IMG/VR virus record: IMGVR_UViG_3300021400_000262
Coordinates: 1 to 64,000 of that record
Source: a virus
Lineage: Duplodnaviria; Caudoviricetes
Length of the DNA stretch: 64,000 nt
Strand: one strand, 5' to 3'
The first letter of the stretch is position 1. The number at the start of each line of letters is the position of its first letter. A program made the position numbers and the translations under genes. Shown here one piece after another: positions 28,093-37,923 of this stretch. The notes under the pieces were generated by a model. That model had not been told where the DNA came from. It searched no databases and saw only the letters and a list, made by a program, of their open reading frames with translations.

Positions 28093-28563
28093 TTAAAGAT
28101 TATTTTCAAACCATGCAATCATTTTTCCGCTTGTCGCTTTGCATCTTACAACATTTCTTTCATTTAATGCGGTGAACGTGTAAAGGAATCTTTTAAACTC
28201 TGTCTTGTTCATGATGTAAAGAGTTGCCATGTTCTCAATAACAATAGTATAAATCCATGTAGTGCTATGAGCAGTTTTAAAGTATCTATCAACAGTTTCT
28301 TCAAAAGTATCCGCAAGCTGCATGTTTACAAGAGTAAACTTACTGGATTTTACACTTGCCTTAATTTCCGGAATGTCGCTGTTAACATCGTAAGAAGTGT
28401 TAGCATCCTTTTTCGGCTCAAATCCTAAAACTGACTTTGCGATGATTTCCGCAAACTCACCGCCATTGCACCACTTATGCCCGCCATCAAAGCTATAGTT
28501 AGAACCCTTGTGAGTGGTATCAAAAATGTAGTTAATTTTGACTTCAGCGGTGATTTTCTTCAT
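28093..28563 (-). CDS. hypothetical protein, related to 27120..27581
   Basis: NGGEFAE...LG...KD....SD.....SVK. Confidence 0.7.
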   Translation of the reverse strand: MKKITAEVKINYIFDTTHKGSNYSFDGGHKWCNGGEFAEIIAKSVLGFEPKKDANTSYDVNSDIPEIKASVKSSKFTLVNMQLADTFEETVDRYFKTAHSTTWIYTIVIENMATLYIMNKTEFKRFLYTFTALNERNVVRCKATSGKMIAWFENNL

Positions 28564-28738
28564 TATTGTGTTCCCCTTTCCTTATCTCTGACTTAATTAT
28601 AAGGGATAATCCGGGAAAATGCAATACTGGAAAATTGCACAAATTTTCGCTGAAAAAATTGTTAAAACTGCTACTTGACAAAATTCCGGCCGGGTCGCTA
28701 GTGCGCGGCCGGCTTAAAAAAAGAAGATGGGGAGCTTT

Positions 28739-28909
28739 TTACTCCTCATCCTCAAATTCGAAAGCCAGTCCGAATTCTTCATGGCTCTCGACGATGGTCC
28801 GCAGGGTTTCATCGCTGGCCCCCCGCTCCATCAGTTCCGCAAACTGGATTACTGCGGGATGCTCGAAGCCGTAAAGGTGAATCATTCTGTTCAGATACTC
28901 TTCTTTCAT
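28739..28909 (-). CDS. small protein, (W/Y)GFEH family
   Basis: MKEEYLNRMIHLYGFEHPAVIQFA; own promoter and RBS. Confidence 0.65.
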   Translation of the reverse strand: MKEEYLNRMIHLYGFEHPAVIQFAELMERGASDETLRTIVESHEEFGLAFEFEDEE

Positions 28910-28963
28910 TTTTTTAGCTCCTTTCTTTTGGTATCTTTAGTATAGCATGAACCGGGCTTTTTG

Positions 28964-29245
28964 TCAATTCCTTTTTTTAATTTCTTTTTCCCAATCACAG
29001 CGATACCCAAAAATAAAACTTCTTCTTTTTTTGAAATACTTCCGATAGAGATAGCTAAAAAGATTGATAAAAGCGACCTGAATAGGAGTTTCTTCCTTGT
29101 TCTGAATAAGAAGCCTTACTGCATCTGGTGCGCATCCATAATTTAAAGCTGACTTAGGATTGCGAATTGCTCGAGGACTGTAAAAATAATAATAATGATA
29201 AGTATCGTTAAAATCAATCGTTGTAAGTTCATAGTATCCGCTCAT
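28964..29245 (-). CDS. hypothetical protein
   Basis: ORF track, own promoter. Confidence 0.6.
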   Translation of the reverse strand: MSGYYELTTIDFNDTYHYYYFYSPRAIRNPKSALNYGCAPDAVRLLIQNKEETPIQVAFINLFSYLYRKYFKKRRSFIFGYRCDWEKEIKKRN

Positions 29246-29327
29246 GTTCTTTACCTCTCTTTCTATTGGTATTATAGCAAAGTTTTAATTATTTGTCAAT
29301 CAGTATTTTTGCCCGGACAAAAAGAGC

Positions 29328-29762
29328 TTAAAGCTCGTGAAGGACTGTAAAAATCATGCTTTCATTAAAAGCCTTTCCTTTCCAGTTATTGCGATTCTTT
29401 TCTTCATCATCAAACAGGATTCCAGTCCCAAGCGTTTCTTTCGGAGTTCCATAAGCAACGATGCTGATGTTATCCCAATGAACAGAAGGAAGATGCTTTG
29501 CAAGCCAAGCCTTTTTCGTTGCGATTACTTCTGCGTTATACTCTGCGCTCCCATCCTTAGAAAGCCAGCTAATAACATTGATTTTGTGTCCTTCTCTTTG
29601 TAATCTGTTAAGGATTCTTGCCAGTGCGGAAAGCCGAACCAACGGCTTTGCTTCTGCGTAAGGTCTGACGCTCTCGTTAATGAGGTCCTCAAGCCAGTTC
29701 TTTACTCCGTAAAGGTCGGCAATCGTTCCATCCATGTCGAAGTTGATGTTAAGTCTTTCCAT
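29328..29762 (-). CDS. HAD-family 5'(3')-nucleotidase-like protein, paralog of 25838..26272
   Basis: FDMDGTIADLYGVKNWL...KHLPSV.WD...LFDD. Confidence 0.8.
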   Translation of the reverse strand: MERLNINFDMDGTIADLYGVKNWLEDLINESVRPYAEAKPLVRLSALARILNRLQREGHKINVISWLSKDGSAEYNAEVIATKKAWLAKHLPSVHWDNISIVAYGTPKETLGTGILFDDEEKNRNNWKGKAFNESMIFTVLHEL

Positions 29763-29822
29763 TCTGTGCGCCTTTCTTTCTCTCTCTTTCTGACTATAGT
29801 ATAGCAGATACTGGCTTATTTG

Positions 29823-30023
29823 TCAATCATTTTTTGATAAAATTTCTACAATTTTTTTAAAAGTCTCTTTAGCTTTTTCCTCATCTCTTCCAAAATCAAT
29901 AGATTCTGATTCATTTTTAAAATATACAATAGCAATCCAGTTAGTAGAATTTTTCTGGTGTAGTGTAATGCTTTTTACATTATTAAGAGTTACAACTTTG
30001 TTTTCAGTAGCAATAATTTTCAT
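29823..30023 (-). CDS. hypothetical protein
   Basis: ORF track, own promoter. Confidence 0.65.
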   Translation of the reverse strand: MKIIATENKVVTLNNVKSITLHQKNSTNWIAIVYFKNESESIDFGRDEEKAKETFKKIVEILSKND

Positions 30024-30806
30024 TTTTACTTTCCTCTCTCTCTTGTTTGTACCTTAATTATAACAAATGCTTTCCGGTTTGTCAATACTTTTTTTACAGC
30101 CAAGCGCCATGTTCAACTTCAACCACAACACCATCCACAACATCGACGCACAGAACGCCACCGTCAGAAGCTTCACCCTCGTAAGACTGAACGCCGTATT
30201 CATCAGACACAAGCTCAAAATCATCACGAACTGCAATCACATCTGCCCACATCATTCCACGCCGTACCATCATTTTTGTTTACCTCTCTTTCTTTTTTGT
30301 ATCTTTATTATAACAGATACATCCCGGTTTGTCAATACTTTTTTTCTTTTTTTTTTGCGGGGCCCGTTCCCCCGCCCGTATTTGACGGCTTGGGAGGCTC
30401 TGCGCTTGGCCTCCTTACATTATGTATTATAAGCGATAACCCGGAGAATTACAATAGTCAAAATGCACAAAATTTGGGAAAAAGATTTGTGCAGTTTTTT
30501 AGCAACTTTTGCTTGACAAAAAAGCTGAGGCATGGTATAATGGAAAAACCGCCCGGGATGCCCAAGCGCGGGCGGGCGTAAATAAAAAAGAGGGCGTTAG
30601 CCCTCAATCAGGAAGCTCCTCTACCTTGGTGAGCTTGATAGTATCATCAGAGAGCCTCTCGGCAAGCTCGCGCTCATTGACGCTCTCGCTGTAGGTGAAC
30701 CCCTCGTAAATTGCTTCCCATTCAATCCAGAACCTCATTGTTTTTTCTCCTTTCGTCTGTCTTCTCTTAGATTATAAGCGATAACTTCAGTTTTGTCAAG
30801 AATTTT

Positions 30807-31022
30807 TTAAAACTCTTCATCGGCAGGGACTTCCTCGATACCCCAGTCGAGGTCAACGTGGTCAACCATCCGCCAGTACTCCTTGGCTTCTTCAGCTGCC
30901 TTGTACTCGGCATTGACTTTTGCGGCGTAGCTTTCAGCCTTTTCTCTAGTGGTGAAGAAATGCTCCGTTACGCGGTCATCCTCAAATCTGTTCATAACCT
31001 TTACCTTGTAGATGTTCGTCAT
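30807..31022 (-). CDS. hypothetical protein
   Basis: Start MTNIYK after RBS. Confidence 0.7.
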   Translation of the reverse strand: MTNIYKVKVMNRFEDDRVTEHFFTTREKAESYAAKVNAEYKAAEEAKEYWRMVDHVDLDWGIEEVPADEEF

Positions 31023-31302
31023 TGTTTTTCTCCTTTCTTTCAGGCTCTTCCCTGTGTCTATAATATACCACATCCGGAAGCAAATTGCAAGCTTTTTCGT
31101 TTTTAATCTGCGATAAATTTTACGATTTTTCCATGCTTGCGGATAGCGTTCATTTTCTCAACTCTGGAAAGACCATTGAACCAAACCACCAAACCATCCT
31201 CGAACCAGTACCAACCTCTCTTCATCTTTTTATCTCCTTTCTATCTCTTCCTTACATTAAAGATTATAAGCGATAATTCCGGTTTTGTCAAGAGTTTTTT
31301 TA

Positions 31303-31527
31303 TTAATCTTCTGCGTCAATTGCGATGCGAAGAGCTGACAGGATGCGCAGAGCGTTATCAGAAGCGTCCTCGTAGTCACAGTCCATAGCCATGTCCCAAA
31401 GCTTCTCATCGATGCGCTCGTACTCATCTTCCATGTCAGCTGCCTTCATCAGACGGTTGCAGCAGTAAGCGAGTGCATCCATGTAATTCTCTTCCTTAAG
31501 CATTGCCTTGCAGATTCTCTTGAACAT
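31303..31527 (-). CDS. hypothetical protein
   Basis: ORF track, own promoter. Confidence 0.7.
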   Translation of the reverse strand: MFKRICKAMLKEENYMDALAYCCNRLMKAADMEDEYERIDEKLWDMAMDCDYEDASDNALRILSALRIAIDAED

Positions 31528-32114
31528 TTTTTTATCTCCTTTCTTTCCTCTTCCTTACATTACCTATTATAGCAGATTACCCGGGAATTGCAAGAGTTTT
31601 GGGAAAATTTACTCATGAAATTTTGCACAAAATTCCGCTTAAAAAATTGTTGAAATTGCCTATTGACAAAAATTCCGGCGCTCAGGATCGTGCGCCGGCG
31701 GCCGCAATTAAAAAAAAAGAGGAGTTTTAGTCCTCTTTCTGCATCTGGTCAATCTCTTCTGGAGTGATTCCAGCCTCTTCAAGCACATCCTCAAAGCTTC
31801 CGTATCTGATTGCCATTTCCAGTTCGTAAGTCATTTTTTTATCTCCTTTCTTTTGGTATCTTTAGTATAGCAGATTCCAGTTTATTTGTCAATAGTTTTT
31901 AAAAACTAAAATGCGGTAAATTATCAGAATACAGTAAAGACCAAACTTCATGACTTTCTTCAGCAGTTAAATTTTTTACAAGAGCATCCCTCTCTGTAAA
32001 AAGCTGATGCAGTTCCTCATCATTCTTGCGAAGAGCTTCTACGATTTCATTGATAGTCATTTTGTTTTCTCCTTTCTTCCTGTATCTTTACTATAGCAGA
32101 TTTTATTTGTTTTG

Positions 32115-32363
32115 TCAAGACCAAAGTTTAATCATGATTTTTTCTTTTAAAGTTTTTTCTTTTCTTCTGAAGCCAGAACCGTTCGTTTCAATCATTCCAT
32201 TTTTTGCCATTTCCTCAGCAACCTTGTCAATTTCTTCCGCTTCAAACTGAGCGAACCATGAATCTTTTAACTCCCACCAGTGCCACGAATGCCAGTTTAA
32301 ATCATTTTTCTGTAATAAGGAATAGATTCTCATAGCTACTTCAAATTTCTGTTCGTTTTTCAT
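32115..32363 (-). CDS. small winged-helix-like protein
   Basis: Start MKNEQK after RBS; EEMAKNGMIE..G pattern. Confidence 0.6.
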   Translation of the reverse strand: MKNEQKFEVAMRIYSLLQKNDLNWHSWHWWELKDSWFAQFEAEEIDKVAEEMAKNGMIETNGSGFRRKEKTLKEKIMIKLWS

Positions 32364-32451
32364 TTTCTGTTCTCCTCTCTTGTTTGTACCTTTATTATAG
32401 CCGATGTTTCCCAGTTTGTCAAGCGTTTTTTTTGGTATTTCAAGAAGTAAA

Positions 32452-32688
32452 TTACTTCTTGAAACGCCATTCCTTATAAGACACTGTCCATTCTTCGTAC
32501 TCGCTATCATCGTAAACATCAGTACCGCTTGTAAAAGTTTTTGTACCTTCACGAGTTTCGAACATATCAGGATACTTTTTTATAGTGCTGTAAGACACAG
32601 GAGCGTAGAAATAGAAATCTGTCCAATCAGTACCCTTGCCACTTCTTTTTGCCTCTTCCACTTTTGCTCTTGTTTCTGCTCTCATCAT
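32452..32688 (-). CDS. hypothetical protein
   Basis: ORF track. Confidence 0.7.
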   Translation of the reverse strand: MMRAETRAKVEEAKRSGKGTDWTDFYFYAPVSYSTIKKYPDMFETREGTKTFTSGTDVYDDSEYEEWTVSYKEWRFKK

Positions 32689-32771
32689 TTTCTTTTTCTC
32701 CTCTCTCTTGGTATCTTTAGTATACTATAGACCGGGCAAAAAGTCAATAGTTTTTAAAAAAAGTTTTCAGA

Positions 32772-32966
32772 TTAACTGAAAACTTTTTTCTGACACGCGG
32801 GACAAATTCCGCTAATTAACTGTTCTCTTTTTGTGGGCGATAAATCAGGCAACACATCCTGAATTAACCCCATTCCATTATACCAGAGGAAGAAACCTTC
32901 TTCATTTTCAACAGACACTTTGTGTTCCTGTTCGCAAAAAGGACAAGTGATTAAAATGTCAACCAT
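32772..32966 (-). CDS. Zn-finger protein
   Basis: CPFC...IQD..P.LS...RE.LISG.CP.C. Confidence 0.7.
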   Translation of the reverse strand: MVDILITCPFCEQEHKVSVENEEGFFLWYNGMGLIQDVLPDLSPTKREQLISGICPACQKKVFS

Positions 32967-33144
32967 TGTTCTGCTCCTTTCCCTGATAAGGCTTCATAAA
33001 TCTATCTGTCTGTGAGTCCTCTTCGAAACAAGCCTTGTAAGTTCCACCAAACTTAGCGACTACATTCTTTACCTGCTCAAGTGTGGTAAACGTGTTCTTT
33101 GTCTTGTTGTCCTTGGCTGTCCATTCGTAGTATACTCTCGTCAT
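32959..33144 (-). CDS. hypothetical protein
   Basis: ORF track. Confidence 0.65.
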   Translation of the reverse strand: MTRVYYEWTAKDNKTKNTFTTLEQVKNVVAKFGGTYKACFEEDSQTDRFMKPYQGKEQNNG

Positions 33145-33564
33145 TGCTTTTACCTCTCTTTTCTTTTTCTATTATTATTATAATAAATTTTTTTTTATTT
33201 GTCAATAGTTTTTTTTAGATTGCCGCAAGTGCCTGCTCAAGCGCACGCTCTTCTGCGACAAGCTCGCTGTCAAGGTCGTAGTCCTTGCTGTCCCATCCAT
33301 CCTTCATCGCAAGGAAGAATCTTCTGCGTTCTACTGCTTCAAGTCTTTTCTTCAGCTCTTCTCTCTTCGTCATTGTCTTATCCTCTCTTTCTTTCTCTCT
33401 CTCTTTCTTACGTCTATAGTATAGCGTCTTTCCGGGATTTTGTCAAGCCGTCAAATTGCACAAGCTTTCGCAGTCTTTTTTGTGCAAGGTGCCTATTGCT
33501 AAAAATTCGCGCCGTGGCAGCCACCGACGGCGCGGCGGGTTTTGTCTGGTTATAGATAAAGGGT

Positions 33565-33879
33565 TTAGCAGTACGCTAAACCCATCGTGCGCCAGCCCAG
33601 CACGCTAATCTGATTGCATGCCCTGCCGACCTCAAGAGCTTCTCTCTTGGTCGCTACCCTGTGGCTCTTGTCGATGTAGTACACACCCTCGCTGTACCAC
33701 ACGCCACAGTTACCCTCGTACTCTTTGATGTAATGCATGGCTTTGCGTGCGCTCTTGGTCTCCTTACCCTCAGTGGCTACCTGCCAACCGCTCTTATAGG
33801 TGATGCTTACGAAGCGCTTGAGCGTCAGTCCATCGTTGTTCTTCAGTGCCTTGAGTGTTGCTGTGGTGATGTTCTTCAT
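33565..33879 (-). CDS. hypothetical protein
   Basis: ORF track, own promoter. Confidence 0.7.
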   Translation of the reverse strand: MKNITTATLKALKNNDGLTLKRFVSITYKSGWQVATEGKETKSARKAMHYIKEYEGNCGVWYSEGVYYIDKSHRVATKREALEVGRACNQISVLGWRTMGLAYC

Positions 33880-34556
33880 TGTGTGTCCCTCTCTTTCTTA
33901 CGTCTATAGTATAGCACTGAAGCCCGGTTTTGTCAAGAGTTTTTTTAAATTCTTTCACTCTTCAGAATCTCTGCGCAGCAGTTCATCAGCGTGCAGTTTA
34001 CAGACAGTCTGTCGGTCTCCCAGTCTTCCACGATCTCATCAGTGTCAAGATAGTGAATGGTTACTCTGACCTTGTAGTTTTCCATCTTGTCATTGCAGGT
34101 AGCTTTCTTGAAGAAGTTGAACATTGTTTTTATCTCCTTTTCTCTTGGTCTGTATCTCTCTCTTGCTTACATCCATAGTATAGCACCTGCCCGGTTATTT
34201 GTCAAGCGTTTTTGCAAAAAATTTTTTATTTTTTTTAGGATTATTTTCTCTTAATCGGTGCATTATCATTTTGCACGAAAGTTTTTGCATCCTTGCAGTT
34301 ACGCAAATACGGCTCGTCGCGCTAGACAACGAGCCGCTGTTTAGGGGGTGCGCCAGTAGGCCTTCACGAGAGACCCAAAGAAAGGCGACAATAGAGGGGC
34401 GGTGTATTTTGGGAAAAAAATTTTTTCGACTGAGCAAAATGGTTTTGCCTGGCTAATTCTCCTACCAAGTATTTTTACATTTTCGAAGAACAAACCTCTC
34501 CTTTTCCCGTCATGCAAAAAATTCTAATTTCAGGAAAAATCAAAAAAGGAGTCTCT

Positions 34557-34838
34557 TTAATCCATTACCAAATCATAAAAATAATGCCACACAAAACCAC
34601 TTGAATCAATGTAAGTTCCTAAATAATTATCTATATTTACTCCACCTACTGGCCATCCAGTTCCAATACAATGAATTTCCCAATGACAATTTTTTATTTT
34701 TCCCAAATTATCATCGACCACAGCCCATAATACTGGCCATCCTCTTTGCTCTTTAATATCTAAAAATTTAATAATAGGATTAGTAATAAAAGTTGTATTT
34801 CCTTCTACTCCAAGAGGGTACTTATAAATAACAGCCAT
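34557..34838 (-). CDS. hypothetical protein
   Basis: ORF track. Confidence 0.75.
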   Translation of the reverse strand: MAVIYKYPLGVEGNTTFITNPIIKFLDIKEQRGWPVLWAVVDDNLGKIKNCHWEIHCIGTGWPVGGVNIDNYLGTYIDSSGFVWHYFYDLVMD

Positions 34839-35260
34839 TAAACTCTATAAACCTCCAATAACTTCCCTTTTTCTTTAGCATAATTCATAGTATAATAGGT
34901 GCCGCCGCCTGGTTCTCCGTCCCAGACAGCAAGAACACCTTCAGATCTATCAACAACAATTTCATCTCGAACTAAGTAGCAATTATAATAATATTTTCCA
35001 CTCAACCAAACCAAAAGAGAGCAAGAATCAACAAGCTCTTGTTCAACAGTTGTTAATTTTTTTCTATAAGGATAAACACAAATATAATTTATTCCCAAAT
35101 CTTTAGCGGCCTGGGCGGCAATTTGATCCACTCCCTGTGCCATACCCGTGATAACCTCACTGGGTCTAATTTCTTTAAACTTCTTAATAAACCATTCATA
35201 AATTTCTTGCTCATGACCGACGATCCTCCCAGGTCTGTGCCCTGTTACAGCTAATCTCAA
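34838..35260 (-). CDS. SLOG superfamily (YpsA/DUF1273-like) protein
   Basis: AVTGHRP, ITGMAQGVD, AVWDG..GGT..T..YA. Confidence 0.85.
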   Translation of the reverse strand: MRLAVTGHRPGRIVGHEQEIYEWFIKKFKEIRPSEVITGMAQGVDQIAAQAAKDLGINYICVYPYRKKLTTVEQELVDSCSLLVWLSGKYYYNCYLVRDEIVVDRSEGVLAVWDGEPGGGTYYTMNYAKEKGKLLEVYRV

Positions 35261-35525
35261 AATTTAACACTTCCTTTATTTTCTGAATATCTGGATTAAA
35301 ACATTTTTTAAAATTTGGGCGCGGAATACTTTTCAAGCATCCAGCGGAACCATCCTTGTTATAATAGAAGTTGCGGCAATACAAACAACCAAAATTATCA
35401 GTAATTAATTGTAAAAGAGTTGCGGCCGGGCCTCTCTAAGATTTCTTAAGTTTGGATGACATCATTGTCCAGGCGCCGCAAGCAACTCCTAGCCAATAAG
35501 CAAATATAAATTCTAAAAAAGACAT
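35211..35525 (-). CDS. membrane-anchored hypothetical protein (one TAG=Gln)
   Basis: MSFLEFIFAYWLGVACGAW...KKS(TAG)RGP; RBS; ends TGA. Confidence 0.55.
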
Positions 35526-35559
35526 AATCTTCCTCTTTTATTTTTTTCTTTATATAATA

Positions 35560-35625
35560 ATTATAATAAAAAATTTTTAAAAAATCAATAAAAATTTGAC
35601 TTTTTTTTGAAAAAATGGTACATAG
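35560..35625. promoter_or_regulatory. divergent promoters at the strand switch
   Basis: Minus TTGATT-N17-TATAAT and plus TTGACT...GGTACAT back to back. Confidence 0.6.
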
Positions 35626-35655
35626 AACAGGAAGTTAATCTTAGGAGGTAAATAG

Positions 35656-36720
35656 ATGAAATTAGATTATACTATTGAATCTCCAGAAGAAAGAAACGAA
35701 TTAGTAAAAAAGATTCTTGCGGAAACGCCAGATCCAACTCCAGCTTATTTAGAGATTTTAGCCAATTATCTTGTTTTTTGTATGGAAAAGCAAGAAAAGA
35801 AAGAAAGAAAAATTGTAACTGAGAATAGACAAAAAACAATTAGTGATCATGAGTTTTCTTTTGAAGGGTTAGTTTCTCAATTAGAAAATGGCGAAGATGG
35901 TATATACGGATTAATTAATGAAGATAAATAGCAAATTTTTAAACCTAAAGTTAGTATTACAAAAAAAGATTTAAAAGAAATTCCCGAATTAAGATAGATA
36001 GGACAAGCCATTGAAATGTGGGAGAAAAAATCTAAAACCGCCACAGGAAGAGATGCTTATATTATAAGACAAGCAATTATAGAATTAAGAAAAGACCAAT
36101 ATGAAGTAAAAAAATCTTATCGTCGCCCTATACGATTTACTAAAATTTCTCATACTACTTTTCCCAATCGTTTAGAAGAGTCTTTTACATTAAATGATGA
36201 AAATTATGTTATTCCTTCTGGAGTTTCTTTATGCGATCCAAAAATATGTTCTTATATATTATGTAATTATTCCAAATTAAAAGAAGATGGATGGGGACAT
36301 TTTGATGGAGATCTTTATTATTTAATGGAATCTTTTGATGATTGCGCCGACCGTGCTTTAAAAAATTATCCTGTTTATGAAGAAATTGTTACTTGTAAAA
36401 TAGATGGCATGTAGAATGCGGAAATCCAAAAAATTTTAGAAGAGAAATTTAATATAAAGCATAGTTTAGAATATATATCTAGTCTTTGGCGAAAAAAAAT
36501 ACCTGGTTTAATAGCTTCTACTGCGGAAGATGACATTTTAGAATGGTACTTTTTTAATGTCAAAAAAGGTAAATATAAAAAATGTAGCCGATGTGGTCAA
36601 ATTAAATTAGCTCATAACAAATATTTTAGTAAAAATAAGACAAGTAAAGATGGCTTTTATAGTATCTGTAAAAATTGTCGAAATGCAAAGACCAAAGAAA
36701 AAAAGGTCAAAAAAGATTAA
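35656..36720 (+). CDS. hypothetical protein with C-terminal Zn finger (354 aa, TAG=Gln)
   Basis: Track fragments 35656 and 36016 are one frame; KKCSRCG...SICKNC. Confidence 0.8.
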
Positions 36721-36760
36721 TTTTTATTAGAATGTTTTTATATAAAGGAGAGGTTTAATT

Positions 36761-37921
36761 ATGGCTGTAGAACAACAAAAATTTTGTGAAAAATGCCATC
36801 GAACCATATCTATTAAAGAATTTTATCGTTCAAATAATGAAGAAAAATATCCTGATGGTTATTTAAATCAATGTAAAAAATGCATGACTATGTTTGTTGA
36901 TAACTGGAATCCGCAAACATATTTATGGATTTTGCAAGAGGCAGATGTGCCTTATATTCCAGAAGAATGGGATAAATTACTTGCTTCTTATGGAAAAGAT
37001 AAAACAAAAGTCACTGGAATGACAATTATTGGTAGATATTTCTCTAAAATGCGTTTAAAACAATTTAAAGATTTTAGATGGAATGATACTGAAAGATTAC
37101 AAGAATTAGCTGATAAAAAAACAGAAGAGGCAATGAAGCGTCAAGGATATGGCGCAGTAGATATTGCTACTGTTATTAATGATAGAAAAATTGTTGTCCC
37201 AGAAGGCGGTTTTGTTGAACCAGAACCTCCAGAACCAACAAGAAACTTGGCTGATGATGGATATTTTGATGATAAAGATGAAGATATTGATTTAACTGCG
37301 GAAGACCGCACTATGTTAAAAATAAAATGGGGAAAATCCTATAAACCAGAAGAATGGGTAAGACTTGAGTAGTTATATCAAGAAATGTGTGAATCATATG
37401 ATATCCAAGGAGCTGGCCATGAAGATATTTTAAAATTAGTTTGCAAGACTTCATTAAAAGCAAATTAGTTAATTGATATGGGTGATGTTGATGGCGCTTA
37501 GAAAATGTTAAAAATGTATGATTAGCTTATGAAAAGTGGAAAATTCACCGCTGCTCAAAATAAAGCTAATGAAGATGGAGTCCTTAATTCTATTTCAGAA
37601 TTAGTTATGATTTGTGAAAAAGAAGGATTTATCGAACGCTATTATACAGATGGACCTAAAGATAGAGTTGATGAAACAATAAAAGATATGAAAGATTATA
37701 CTAGATCTCTTGTTGTTGAAGAAATGAATTTAGGTAATTTAATTGAAAACGCTGTTAAAGAAATGGCTATGCAAGAAGCTAAAGAAGAAGATGAAGATGT
37801 TGAAGATGAATTAAGTTTAGAAGAAATTGAAGCCTTAAAAGATCAAGATTATCTTGAATTCAACGATTTTGTTGACGCTGAACATGAAGATGATGAAGAT
37901 TTATTTAAGGAGGATGAGTAA
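36761..37921 (+). CDS. Zn-finger protein, terminase small subunit candidate (386 aa, TAG=Gln)
   Basis: Fragments 36761 and 37529 in frame; immediately upstream of the large terminase. Confidence 0.7.
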
Positions 37922-37923
37922 AA

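Larger units (their letters stand above)
14235..34210 (-). other. array of self-promoted early (host-takeover-like) mini-cassettes
   Basis: Dozens of TTGAC(A/T)-N17-TATAAT/TATACT promoters, each followed by an AG-rich RBS and 1-3 short ORFs; higher GC; repeated intergenic motifs. Confidence 0.85.

Noticed and set aside
14235-34210. CRISPR array or classical integron
   Set aside because: No 25-45 bp direct repeats with uniform spacers; no integrase or clear attC R/L boxes in the window; cassettes carry their own promoters
14225-34456. Plus-strand ORFs in the early array (for example 26985..27716, 24016..24519)
   Set aside because: Antisense shadows of minus-strand genes, lacking RBSs and crossing promoters
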